Assembly (NCBI GenBank): GCA_030704615.1
Contig: CM060734.1
Location: forward strand, 4,588,001-4,652,000
DNA from: Takakia lepidozioides
Lineage: Eukaryota > Plantae > Bryophyta
Direction: 5' to 3'
Length of the DNA stretch: 64,000 nt
Numbering within the stretch: position 1 is the first letter of the stretch; every line of letters begins with the position of its first letter. Shown in pieces: positions 39,541 through 51,767 of the stretch. The notes beneath the pieces are model-generated. The model had not been told where the DNA came from. It did no database searches and saw nothing but the letters and a program-made list of their open reading frames with translations. The translations under genes and the position numbers were made by a program.

Positions 39541-40766
39541 AATTCTTAATTAGTACTTCAAAGCGCAGGGGGAGGAAGCTGCTCCAAGATTTTGCCAGCA
39601 CCTGGGGTAAAAATGACCTGCTCGGAGCCTGTCTTCCCAACTTACGCATTCAATGGCAGCAATCCATCCCCGCTCAATGGGAGGTCCCCTGGTGATGGGG
39701 AGGACACTGAATTCAACTGGCGTCACAAACGAGCTAGAGACCCTAAGTCTAAAGCGCACTTGAAATTCTAGTACCTCCAAGTTACTCTTCAGATAACACT
39801 CACCACCCCTGCAATCGCTCACTTTTTCCCGAGGTGGGTTCAGCTCTAGGCACTTGTTGATTCTGTGCTGCGATGCCTTCTCAATTCTCCACTGCTTTTC
39901 TCTACGCTCTTCTCAGATTCTCTTAGAAGACCTATCCTCTCTTAGTAGCATTTCCACCTCTGCTCGATGTGGCACCAGCCTCCATAGCTCGTCTCTCTTC
40001 TCTGATCGGTTTAGCTAGCTAGTTTGCTAGAGTCACGGGAAAGTTTCCCCCCAGTAAGCCTTCATGGCCCCAGAAGTGGTTATTTTTCCACTAATGTGAC
40101 ACTTCTTTTATTAATTTATATTGATTAACTTGTATTATTAATTTTATTAATTTATAATTAGTACTACTATTTATAGATCTCAACTAGACCATGTTTAGAC
40201 AAATGCACCTCACCAACACTGCATGTTTGGCATTATAGAAGCATATTGGACGGACCATAAACCTATATTTATTGCCTATAGATTACCTAATTACATTCCT
40301 TGCTACGAACATATATCATCATCATAATACTCTAATAGGTATTCACCATAAGGATGAGCCATTACGGGACGAGCCGCTTGTTTTTAAAGGAAAGGGGAGC
40401 GGTGACAATATATATAAACCAAAAGGGGACATAGGCTCTATATATATCTCTATATATATATATATATATATTTGACGCCTCCCGAAGTAAGCGTAAATTA
40501 TGGAGTCTCTTCACCCCGAAGGGTTACTGCCTTCCGTTAGAAAGGTGGACACCTTTGTGACACCAATCGGTGGATTGAACCCACAACCACTTCCGAGGTG
40601 GTATGTGCCCATTACCACTATATATGAAGCGATGTAGTTTGTTTGTTGTGTTTGTTGGCTCTGTCCCTTCAAGACAGAGACTTTGCATCATGTTGAAGTC
40701 AATGGAGAAAAAATGGTCAACTGACCTTACACCGTGTCAAGACTGTTATTGGTTTACAATGTATGT

Positions 40767-40844
40767 TACATGTGATGAACTATGTTTATACCATTTAGCC
40801 CAATGACGGTCTTGACATGGTGTAAACATAGTTCATCACATGTA
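40767..40844. repeat. Hairpin: 28-bp inverted repeat (1 mismatch), 22-nt loop
   Basis: TACATGTGATGAACTATGTTTATACCAT ... ATGGTGTAAACATAGTTCATCACATGTA. Confidence 0.85.
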
Positions 40845-42018
40845 CATATATATATATAAAGGGAAACAGCTGGGAGCGACAGCTCACAAGTCAGGCCCCT
40901 TAATAGTGAGAGGAGAAAATAACCTCTTTCACAGTAACCTGCCATGAGGCGTAGGAATGGGACATCACCCAGGAACCATACCACACCTGTCAGTAGCAAG
41001 ATTTGACCCCAAAATCGTCTGGGTGGCACTTAGTGTACTTAACCAACTGAGCTACTGACTGTTGGTCTAACTTTACACTGTGTAAAAACTGGGATTGGCC
41101 TAAAAAAGTATTAAATCTAAATTATTTTATAAACATGCCAAAATCCCTATTAATTGAAAAGTTTGTACAAGTATGAGCTAATTTTATATTATGTTAATTG
41201 TGCTTTTGTTATTAACTCATGCAAAAGCTTCCGACAAAGTGTTCAGTCATATTATCTTTTTTCTTTTTTCTTTTTTTTTTCTTTTCTTGAAAAGGGACGA
41301 AGCCTCAGAACTTTATTTGAATTATTTGAAGGGAAAAAAATTAAAACCCTTTGATGCCCGAAGGCTGCCATAAGGCTCAACACACGACAGGGCGTGACGG
41401 ATATCCCGATGAACTATGACTGTGCTGCAGAAACTTTCAGCACGAAACGGATTAGAAACCGGTGACTAAGACCAGTTCGAGAAAACAGAAATAACATGGG
41501 CCTAGCCCAATGCACCTACCCTTGAAGAGGCTCTGATGGTACGTTGTGCATAATAGACAAGCATGGAGGGCCAACCACTCCTTGAAGAAGATTTTCCTTG
41601 CATGGAACCGTTGTAGAGAGCAGAGAAAATCTAAGTGCAGAGGAGGAGAGGAGGGGAGATCTATCTGTAGAGCAGCTTGGTCCTTGTACTAGTCTTCACA
41701 TGCTTCTAGTTGACATCCAATTTGTCAAACTCAAGGGAAGCGGAAGAGGAGGGCTCTGTGGTGTTGCCATTGAGGGGGGATATCCCTAGGCCAGACACAA
41801 TCTCCCGCTCCCGTGCATGCGCAGATGATGTCGTTTCTGCCCCAAGTGGCCCTGAAGGAACTGAGGAGGGCATGCTGCCGATCTGGGGATTTGACGATGC
41901 CTGCACGCACTTTTTCCCAAGCAAGTTTAGCTGCTATGGTAAGATCAAAAAATATCTTTGTGAGTGTAGCAGTGGTAGTGGAGTTAACATTGTCCAAGGA
42001 CCAGGAACATCTGGCTTT

Positions 42019-42521
42019 CTAGAGGTGCCATAGGGTGTATTCCCTCAAGGCTTCATAGATCGGACAGTCAATGGCTATGGATTTGGTAGTCCTGTCATAG
42101 TTGAGGAGCAGTACAACCTGGTTGGAGGGGAAAGCTTCCCATGATGCACTGTAGAATGAGTCAATAAATGGCCATATCAGACGGGGTGCTTGACAATGAA
42201 TGAGGCAGTGTTCCAGTGTTTCAATGGTCCATTGACAGCATGAGCAGAGCAGGGCCTCAAGGAAATTCAGAAAGTGTCCGACCTTGAGCACCCTATTTGC
42301 TACCTGCCAGAGGAAGGCACTAATTTTTGCGGGCTTAGTTTTTTCCCAAATGAGTTTCCAGATGTCTCCCCAATTTTCCTCATGGAAGTTTTCATGGTGC
42401 CATCTTGCATTCCATTTGAACCTATGGATTTGTGCCTAAACCCTTGAGTTATCCATCTCATAGAGGGTCTCCATTGGGTGTGACTTAGTGGGGAGTTGAG
42501 TGAGATGGCCTGCCTTATCAA
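42019..42521 (-). mobile_element. LINE (L1-type) ORF2 3' fragment with zf-RVT
   Basis: PAKISAFLWQVANRVLKV...CSCCQWTIETLEHCLIHCQAPRLIW. Confidence 0.7.
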
Positions 42522-43924
42522 TTCAAATTATTGATAAACGAATAAAAATACATATACTATTTTATTTAATACATAAAACATATATATACACTATAAGTAA
42601 ATTAAAATTAAAAAAAACTGGTTCGGAAAATGCAGATGCGTATACAACCCCGTCCTCGAAGGTTTGAGCCCACGACCAAGCTTGTAAGCCGCTTAGACTC
42701 GATGAGTCTTGTGGGGGCATCTCGAGATGCCTCGAGAACATGCCTGGTAGGAGGCCACGAGGACTTTCTTGAAAAACGCACTGGAAATCAACTATGGTCA
42801 CATTCAAGTAGAGGATCCCATATACTTTCATCGTTCCCTTCATGTCCGGAAATTGCTAGAGAATCTTGGAAAACAAAGTCAACTAAGCAATGGACTGAAA
42901 GATGGCATACATGATCGGCACAGTGTGCACATCTTGGAGGAGGGTATTTCAAGTGAAAATTGGGATGATGAAGAAAGATTGAAATGGGATCGCTGTTCTA
43001 TTCCTAGAGCTCAACTGTCCAGGGTTTGATCCCACCTGACCGGGCAATGCAATTGTATAGAGTGATACATATAGGAAAGCCATTTGTGATGATGTTCCCG
43101 TCTCACACTTGCCCATAAATAGGTTCATATCGGTACACATAAAAGCTGAAGGCTTACAGCCAGGTAAGTTGGCAGAAAGTGCCAATAAGATGAGGCCCTG
43201 CAAAAGTGGAAATTCCAATATCGTTTCCTGCTATGATATCTTCTCAAGGATGCAGCTTGCCTACCTTTGAACAATACACAGATGCAAAGAGGAAAAGAGA
43301 TTGTAATTGCCCGATGAGCGGGCAGCCTAAGACAATATCTATTTTCTAATACATTGTCCGGGATATTCTCCCCAGGTAGTGACTTGCTTCAGGAACATCA
43401 ATAAGATTGTCCCTCCGCCTCTGTTCACCCACATTGAAAATGTTGAGGCTAAGCCTAAAGCCATGGCCCTGTTCGGATCTAATTGTTGGGCAGACCGCAC
43501 ATCGGGTTGATGATGGCTGTCTAGAGGATATTAGGACAGCCCTCGGGAACTAATTTATGTACAAAGGTAAGTCACACTACCGGAGTGAGCCCCTCACAAA
43601 GGTCGTTTCTGTTCCCTTTAGTTCCGCCCCAACTGGGTGCAGGGTCTATTATGGCAAGCGTCGTCTTATGAGTACATTCTCTCTCCAACCCACTGTAGCA
43701 GTCCAAAGTGGACTCTGGCTCAAACCAGCCAGGTCATGCCTGATAAGAGCAAATGTGTTGACAGGGGTATATTGCAACTCAAGAAGAGAAAGGTTCAGAC
43801 TCTGAAGAAAGATGACCCCAAAGCCTTAGGCCCACCACAAGGCCTGTGTAATTGTCCCATGACTGACATCACAAACTAAATCTCCTGCTTTGAGGATACG
43901 GTGCAATAAGGGACTCACCACTAG

Positions 43925-44103
43925 GTAAATTGTGGAGAAAAGAAGTCGGTGAGAAAGGCTCCCAGCAAGGGTGTGATGTTAGTAGTCCCCACGAAGTTTG
44001 TGACCAAGGGAGATGAATCTGGGAAGCTGATATGGATGCTATATACCAAGTAAAATACCAGGTTCAGTACAAAGTATGCCATTGTCTCTGCAGTCTCATT
44101 GCC
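43925..44103 (-). pseudogene. NPF (NRT1/PTR) transporter exon fragment
   Basis: GNETAETMAYF..NLVFYL...VTNFVGTTNITPLLGAFLTD (ExxE motif and TM1-2). Confidence 0.8.
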
Positions 44104-44935
44104 TGCACACACACCAGTTCAGAATCTAGTGGTATTCCTCCATAGTTTACATGTTTACTCAGGTTGATTTTAATCAGAAAATACTGGTGCTGTTGTACTT
44201 TGGTTCTGAGGGGTAGATAAGCCCTTTACTGTAATTGCAAACCGCCACTATAACCCAAATACACACGCTCATATTCTCCGTGACCTACAGATACTGCCAC
44301 CGATTATTGCCTGTCCAGGTCCCACAAACAAGACAAGTGCTATGGACTGGACCTGTAGCTAAGACATCCTATCTAGCCATCAAAAAATTTCCCAAGCTCC
44401 CTGAGAATAGAAAATAGTACCGATGAAGGAAGGAGTCGTCCCCTTTTAGTCCCTTTAGTACAACTTAGATTAAGAGAATGCTTTGGGTGGGATGTTTTCA
44501 AGAACTTCACACCGAACTCTATAACAAGAGATCATGGCCCCTGGTATACTGTTCACATTTCCAGACTACCGAACATCCAATATCCACTGACTTCTGCTTG
44601 CACTGCTCAGGGTGTCACATTACCAAAAATGAAGAGGATTATATGTTCAAAAAATAATGTAACAGTGTAGTAACACATAGTATATCTTTAAAAATAATGT
44701 AACTATCAAATAATATACAACTCTATATACACATGGATTATCATACTTCCTCTTCATCTAACTCATTTGTATGCGTATACCACCAAGGCTCGTTTGGAGA
44801 TACATCTTTTAATGCAACTTTAGTATTACCCATATTCAAAGTCCTAGTTATAGTATGTTTTTTGTTCACTAAAGTTTGTCTACGATGGATTAGCTTGGTG
44901 AAAGGTACAAGGTCAAACGCCTTGTTAACTCATCA

Positions 44936-47025
44936 GGGCTGCCGCAGACCAGTGCTTTGGAATGAAGTGGTGCAACAGCAATAACGATGGTACTATTGTG
45001 AGTCGTGGGCACTAGTGTAGCAGTTCCCGCACAAGGAGTTGGTTAGTTTGCCGTAGCTGACTTGCACGTAGCAGAAGCAAAGAGTCCCGAAGTTACGATC
45101 ATTTATAGGTTTATGTTTCCAACGACCATGGGAGCATCTACAAACTGTCCAGACTTTGATCTTTTGTTTTTGTAACCTGTTGATGGTGTAGACAAGCATG
45201 CATAGTCATGAGAGCATGGTAGACTAGTCCAAGATCTGCGGCTGCAAAAGCTAGTTGATTGGGTTTCAGCTAAAGACCCAATTACTGGCAGTGTGTGAAA
45301 GATGATGCTGCTGCTACAGAACTGTGAATATGAGCTTATCAGGCAGGTTGTAAAGGGTCGACGATGGCCACCTAGAAGCAAGGAAATATGACGATTTATA
45401 ATATGACCAACGGCTGTACTGAAGCATGTTCGTACGTAAGACCTTTGATTCAAAGGTGGTGGTTACAGGGAATGACATCAGTGACGTGGCTAGTTGGTGG
45501 TTAGGTGGCCGCAGGCAGGCACGCATTAACAAAAGCGGAGGGAGCCCAGGCCACATCCACTAGCCCGTCTTGTCTTGCCTTGGGAGTGTGAAGGAGGATT
45601 AGGTGAAGATCCTCGGCAGATCAGAGCAGGGGGGAGTTCGTTGCCTTGGCTGGCTGGCCGTCATATGTGAGACAGTCGCTTAATAAGCTATATAGTTACG
45701 TTGCCAGGTGATCGTTTTTGTTTGCAAGTCTTCATTTGATGGCATGCCGGTAGCGCGGAGGTCTGATAAGTGACAGGGTTCTCATCAGTTTGCTCCAGCA
45801 GAGTATGCGTGGTGAATGTAGCAAGAAGGTGGTATGTCGAGTGGCCGCAACATGCAATCAAAAAACAATGAAGTTAGTGAAGATGTGGAACCCCAGGTGA
45901 ATATCAGGCCTCACACTTGTTATCGTTGTACAACATGCGTTCAAAAGCAAGAAGAGATCAAAAGCAAAGCAAAGATAGTCCACAACCTTAGGGGTTTGTG
46001 GAAGAGGATTCGACATAGCTCCAAGAACTCGACAATCGACAGCACAAACAAGCAACGGTTTGCTAATTTCTACGAGCATTTTATCAGGTGAAGAGACTTC
46101 TTGAAAGTTTAAGAGCGGCGCTGGATCTTAATGACCATTGATGGTATGCAGATTTTGGTACTATGCTATTATGCAAATTTTCATTATGTCCAGATTCTGC
46201 ATTTCTCAAGGGCCATGTCAAACATAATGAGTGGATGCCATTCTCACAGGTGCCTCAATGTGGGCTGGGCAGTTTTCCGACCGGCACCTCTTTGCCTACG
46301 AGGAGGACACATCCGTGTGGGGATCCCATCTGGAAGGGCTTCAACGAAATGTGAAGGCTCCCATCGCAACCACTGACTCCTCGGAGGATTCCTCGGACTC
46401 GGAGGAAGAGACAATGGACATTGATGCCAAGGAGAACCCAGAATACGAGTGAGTGGAAACATTGTAAGTTTGCAAAGCCTTCTGGGTCATTCTTTCTTTC
46501 ACGTGAATGCCGGATTGTGGTTTTCATTGGTACGGGGAAGTGATTATTATGTGCAGGATTCCAAGATCTGGGTCGAAACCAGTGGCGCCTACATTTCTTG
46601 CCAGGGAGAATGTCCCGTTCTTTGTGAGGTCCGACTTCATGAAGAGCCCAGTGAAGGACTACTCCCTTCCTAGTTATGCAACTAAGCTTGCAAAGACAGC
46701 CATTAGACGATGTGAGAATCCCAGTAAAGTAGAGCTGATTTTGGAGAGGGCTAGGGAGGACAGAAGGAAGCGGAGAGAGTTGGCTGCAGCTGAGACAGGT
46801 AGACGCGTGCAGAAGTATGTATGTGATTCCGCGGAAGAGAGCGATGCAGATGACGACGACCCAACCGAGGTGAGATGGTCAGTTTCACAAGGGGAAGATG
46901 GGATTTTTGAAAGCCTGGCCAACGACCAGTCCGCTGGACATGAGAAAGGCAATGAGGGGGTGGAAGGGGAGCAGGACAATCTAGAACAGGGTGACGATAC
47001 TGATGATGATTTCCAAGATGGGTAG
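44936..47025 (+). pseudogene. Highly diverged paralogue of the amino-MTase-fold cargo gene (copy 3), with stop codons
   Basis: SKVVVTGNDISDVASWW (cf. SKVLCLQGDL); ARRWYV...EPQ|GT; KIVHNL; KQRFANFYEHFI; TGASMWAGQFSDRHLFAYEED (cf. CGASMVAA.CGRHLLALEDD); phase-2 GTGAGT intron; LPSYATKLA...RRVQKYV (cf. LPKYAAKMA...RKVQHLV). Confidence 0.6.
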
Positions 47026-47158
47026 AATTTTAAATAACTCTTTGTACATTTAAATTTACTTCCTGAATATATAAAGGCATTTCTTTGCAATTGAGGTCCC
47101 CTCTCCCATGTGCTACTAAACGACACCATCTCTGAAAGCACGTCCTTCCCAAAACCAA

Positions 47159-47775
47159 CAATGCGGTGCCGCATTTCCATGTCGGAACGGAAAAACGGAA
47201 ATGTGGCAACGGTAAATACATCGTTTTGGAAATGCGGCACTGCATTTCCATAACCGGGACACGAACAATTTTCCATTTCTTGTTTTGGACATCAGAAATC
47301 GTTGGGCCGAACGAAAATGCGGTGCCGCATTTCCATTTTGGACATGGAAGTTTGTTCATTTCCAGCCCCTTGCACGGAAATGCGGCACTTCATTCCATTG
47401 CGCTAAACAGAAATGCGGTGCCGCATTCGTATGTCGAACACGTTATTTCCATGTCGGACATGGAAATGCGGTACCGCATTTCCATTTTGGAGATGGAAGT
47501 TTGTCCAATTCCTGACCCTTGCACGGAAATACAGCACCGCATTCCATTGTGCTGGACGGAAATGTGGTGCCGCAATCCAGAACGGACATGGACATGCTTT
47601 GCCGCATTTGAAGGTCGAATATGGAAATGCGGTGCCGCATTTCCAATTTGAAGTATGGAAATGCCATGTGAACAAAGGAAATGCGGCACCGCATTTCCGT
47701 TGCGACCAGAACGGCGGAGTTGAAGCTGCCGGACATCAATGCATGGAAACAAAGGAAATGCGGTGCCGCATTTCC
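47159..47775. repeat. Array of about 11 palindromes GGAAATGCGG(TG/CA/TA)CCGCATTTCC with irregular spacers
   Basis: Copies at ~47159 (partial), 47228, 47313, 47376, 47409, 47462, 47525, 47558, 47623, 47677, 47754. 47460-47485 is a perfect 26-bp palindrome. Confidence 0.92.
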
Positions 47776-47855
47776 GAACTTGGGCATGTACATGTTTCCG
47801 TTTCTCGACCTCATGACTGTGATATCGCTCTTCTGACGATTGATGTGGAGAGACA

Positions 47856-48483
47856 TGTCGTGCGCATACATATCGCTACACAACTACATCGCTGTCCAAA
47901 ACCACACAACACATGTGTACGCCACACACTGGTATACCACTAGTCCACCACTAGTCCAACCACTAGGTTACAACTAGTCAGTCACTATGCGAGCTCACAA
48001 AGTTGAAGCATAAACTCATGCTTATATAACCTCATCACTCAAATACAAGTCAAGCCAAGTGCACCCCACGCCATGGGGAATCCACACTACGGCGCCATAG
48101 CTAGGTGCGGTGAGGCTCAACTCGAGAAAGATGAGCCTCCCGCGCTTGCCGTGAAGATAACCACTCCAGGGCCTAAATCTACCTTGACCCCTGGATTGAC
48201 ACTTGGGCCAATCCCAAATGTCAATATGTAAAAGCTAGCTATTTTCTAGCTAGTTTCACACTAGTGGTAAAATAACTTGACAGTTGTCGTGCGCATACAT
48301 ATCGCTACACAACTACATCGCTGTCCAAAACCACACAACACATGTGCACGCCACACACTAGTATACCACTAGTATACCACTAGTCCACCACTAGTCCAGC
48401 CACTAGTCCAACCACTAGGCTACAACTAGTAAGTCACTAGGCTGCCACTATGCTGCCCACTATGGCAGTCACTAGTCCACACA
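47856..48483 (-). mobile_element. 3' LTR region of the PHD-Gypsy element, with a duplicated terminal segment
   Basis: Minus-strand purine tract AGGGGGGCGA at ~48485-48494 followed by TG; ends ...CACGACA at 47856. 47856-~47987 is repeated at 48285-~48439; internal CCACTAGT mini-repeats. Confidence 0.6.
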
Positions 48484-48727
48484 ATCGCCCCCCTAGCTGG
48501 TGCTTCGGTTGCCACAAGATGTGATAGTGACCATAGCCTCACTAAGTCCTCCACCACTGACCCTACTACACTCAAACTCGATAGATCAAGAGGCCGGGTG
48601 CAAGAGTTGCCCCATCGTTAGTCGCCGTCTTGCAACCTGTGAACTTGAGCCTGGGATCTCGTGTATTGACTCCTATGAGCTTGGCCTCCCATGTCTTGTT
48701 AGCTGCCTCTAGTCATGTCCACTGCCA

Positions 48728-51193
48728 CTATCCCAAGCAGTGTGGACATAACCAATCTCCATCAGGAACCCTCTCAAGAGGTGGTGTCAAGCATCCCATA
48801 TGCCAACCTCTTGAGCATCGATCACACACCAGCATGGTGGCTGCCCCTTTGGCAGACCCACAGAGCATGCACCTCAAACCTGCAGGTACCACTGCCAAGT
48901 TTGGATCAACTTTGCCATCGACATTGGGAAGGTGACATGGCGCACAATTACGCACATGGTCTTTCCAAGTCATGCCATCCCGACCCTCCAAGATCAAGAC
49001 TCCTGAGGGCAACACCTCTCGAACCCTCAGAATAACACGCCCTGCAGTGACATCCAGGGTCGTAGGAGCAGTCTGTTGCAAATAAACATAGTCACCAGGG
49101 CTAAACCTCCGAACCCCAGGACGATATCCTCCACCACGTATAGTGGCATACCTCAACGTATCACGGTGTTGTGCAATGGCAAGGTTCTCAAAAGCCATGG
49201 GCATGACTTTCTTGAACAACTCTGCACGCTGACCACATGCACGTACCCACACGTCCAGATTGTCAAGTTTAAGGACTTGAGCAATGTCCCTACGAATGGC
49301 TGCAGGCAAATCCGGCTCTCGACCAAAGAGAAGGAAATACGGTGAGAATGAGGCAAGTGATGCTTGTTTGTTGAACCTGTAGCCCATGGCTAACCAAGGC
49401 ACCTGAAGATCCCAATCTCCTAGGTGTCCCTTCTGCAAGCCATACTTACGCAAACCCCTCTTCACCGTCTGAACAACTCTCTCTACCAAGCCATCGGCCT
49501 CAGGTGGATCCCGAGAAGTGGTGCGGTGGTCTATGAAGGCTTTATCACACAAAGCCTGAAACTCCCCCAAAAACTCTCTCCCTTGGTCCGTGAGTACCTC
49601 AGCTGGAGCACCAAATCGGCTAAGCACACGATCCAAGAATGCATACGCAGCCCCCTCACTAGCCTTGTCAGGCAATGGAACCAACTCAATCCACTTGGAG
49701 AAGTGCTCCACCATCACCAACACATATCTGTGGTGGTGCATAGTCAGTGGCAACGGTCATGCGAAGTCAAGACTCCACCTGTAGCCCAATCCCATGATTG
49801 ATAAAGGATGCAACTGTGGTGTAGGGGCGTTGAATGAAGCACGTACCCTGTCACACACCATGCACCTAGCCACGAACTGTTGCACCTCTGTATGCATACC
49901 ACGCCACCAATACTGCCCCTGCAGTAAATTGTGAGTGCGTCGCACTCCAAAATGCCCCAACTCCTCATGGGCATGCCGCACTAACCGTGCACGCTGTATG
50001 GGGTAAGGCACAATCCTCACCCGACCATCCTCCCATACTCGGAGCAGGTGTATCCATACTTGAACCTCTTGGCTCGTTGCAGGATCCGATCCCTCTCCTT
50101 GGCAGTCACAGTGGCTGCCGTGTCTCCAGTATGGAGGTAGTCCAACACAGCCGAATCCTCATGTATATCTCGGGTACCACCTGGCTCATCACTAGCCTCA
50201 GGGTCCTCAGACACTCCGTCTACAGTCATCCCTATTGTAGGTCCAACCTGACTCCCGATGCCAAGATACACAAAAAGGCAGATGCATGTCATCCTGGCAC
50301 CATCTCCTTGTCCGTCTCAGCATGCCACCGAGCTCCAGTGTCATCCTGCTAGCTCGTGCATGGATTGCGACTCAATCCATCCGCATCTTGATTGATCAAA
50401 CCCAGTCGATGCACAACCTGAAAGTCATACTCCTGGAGTATGAGTGCCCACCGTGCAAGCTTCCCCGTAAGCTTGTTTGACTCCATCAACCACTTGAGTG
50501 GCTGGTGATCCGTGACAAGGGTGAAGAGATTGCCATATAGATAGCACCTGAAGTGTGCCACGGCCCACACTGCAGCTAAGCAATCTCCCTCATATGAGCT
50601 ATACTTAGCCTCTGCAGCGTTGTTCGAGCGGCTAGCATAAGCCACTACAAACTCTCTTCCCTCATCATCCACCTGTGTGAGCACCGCTCCAAGCCCCAGC
50701 ATGCTCCAATCCGTATGCAGCTGAAAGGGACGCCCCCTGATAGGTCGTCTCAGGATAGGCGCCGAGGTCAACCTCGCCTTGAGCTCTTGAAAAGCTCGTT
50801 TCTGCTCATCTTCCCACTGCCACTCCTGGTCCACCTTGGTCAGCTTGGTTAGAGCCTTTGCAATGGCACTAAATCCCTTGACAAACCGTCTATAATAGTT
50901 TGTCAACCCCATGAAAGCTCGAACTCGGCTCACATCCGTGGGGCATGGAATTTATGCAATGGCCTCTACCTTAGTCTGCTGTACCCCCAATCCTCCAGGA
51001 TATATCATGTGACCCAGATACTCAATCTGGTTGTGGAAAAACTTGCACTTCCCCGGATGCAACTTCAATCCGTGCGCTCTCAAGCGCTCTAATACCACAT
51101 GAAGGTGTCTCTCATGCTCCTTCACCGTAGCACTAAAGATGATGATGTCATCTATGTAGCACCGAGCAAAGTCCACCCCTGCTAGAATCCTAT
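48728..51193 (-). mobile_element. Gypsy pol 3' half: RT end, RNase H, integrase with C-terminal PHD finger
   Basis: YIDDIIIF; LHTDWSMLGLGAVL..VAYASRS..TDHQPL; HEELGH..CMVC; SLDF/TDQG/VER catalytic triad; CMLC..LVCDRC..WHMGCLTPPL..DWLCPHC (C4HC3). Confidence 0.92.
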
Positions 51194-51290
51194 CACTACA
51201 ACAGATTGCGGCTTTTACGACTCTGTGTTATGACTACAAATGCAGTTATGAAAGCCATTTACGACTTCATGACTCTGCAGTCGTAAAACC
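51194..51290 (+). mobile_element. CACTA terminal inverted repeat and subterminal repeats, inserted into the Gypsy RT
   Basis: CACTACAACAGATT at the exact point where RT homology stops; TTTACGAC/GTCGTAAAA repeats. Partner end not found in the window. Confidence 0.75.
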
Positions 51291-51587
51291 CTAGTCAGTT
51301 GTGGCATGGCAGATATGACTCGCCAGCCTGGCTGTGACGTGGCGCCTGAGCAGTTGTGGGGGTAGTCATACACGCTGGCTTTACTGAATGACTGAACGGG
51401 TCCATGTCAGCCGATGTGTAAGAGAGACACGTGCTCTCTACAGAACACGCCACGTGTCAGACTGCGACGCCATCCCGACTGCAGAGGAGGGATCAGACAT
51501 CAGCACGTGTCGCATCGTGATTTTGACACGTGGTTCCTCATGTCAATTGACACGCGTCGCTGTGGGGGGAGGGGGTTGGGGATTTAA

Positions 51588-51636
51588 TTTATTGTTATTA
51601 TAATTACTATAATTATTATTATTATTATTATTATTA
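51588..51636. repeat. (TTA)n microsatellite
   Basis: Direct read. Confidence 0.85.
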
Positions 51637-51767
51637 CTTTTGACCAACAGGGGACAGTGGCACATTATTAAATAACGAATTTTTGAAATTATATTCTTAG
51701 ATAAAATATTTATTCGCTCAGATACCAAAACACACCCTTACGGGGGAGGAGAGTTTGCCTTAGTGCC

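Noticed and set aside
45010-45017. CACTAGTG as a CACTA terminus
   Set aside because: No subterminal repeats or partner; lies in decayed coding-like sequence.
47159-47775. CRISPR array
   Set aside because: Spacers range from ~11 to ~63 bp and some are duplicated; no cas genes; eukaryotic context.
47030-47943. Overlapping ORFs with WKCGTAF / GNAVPHF repeats
   Set aside because: These are translations of the palindromic DNA array on both strands.
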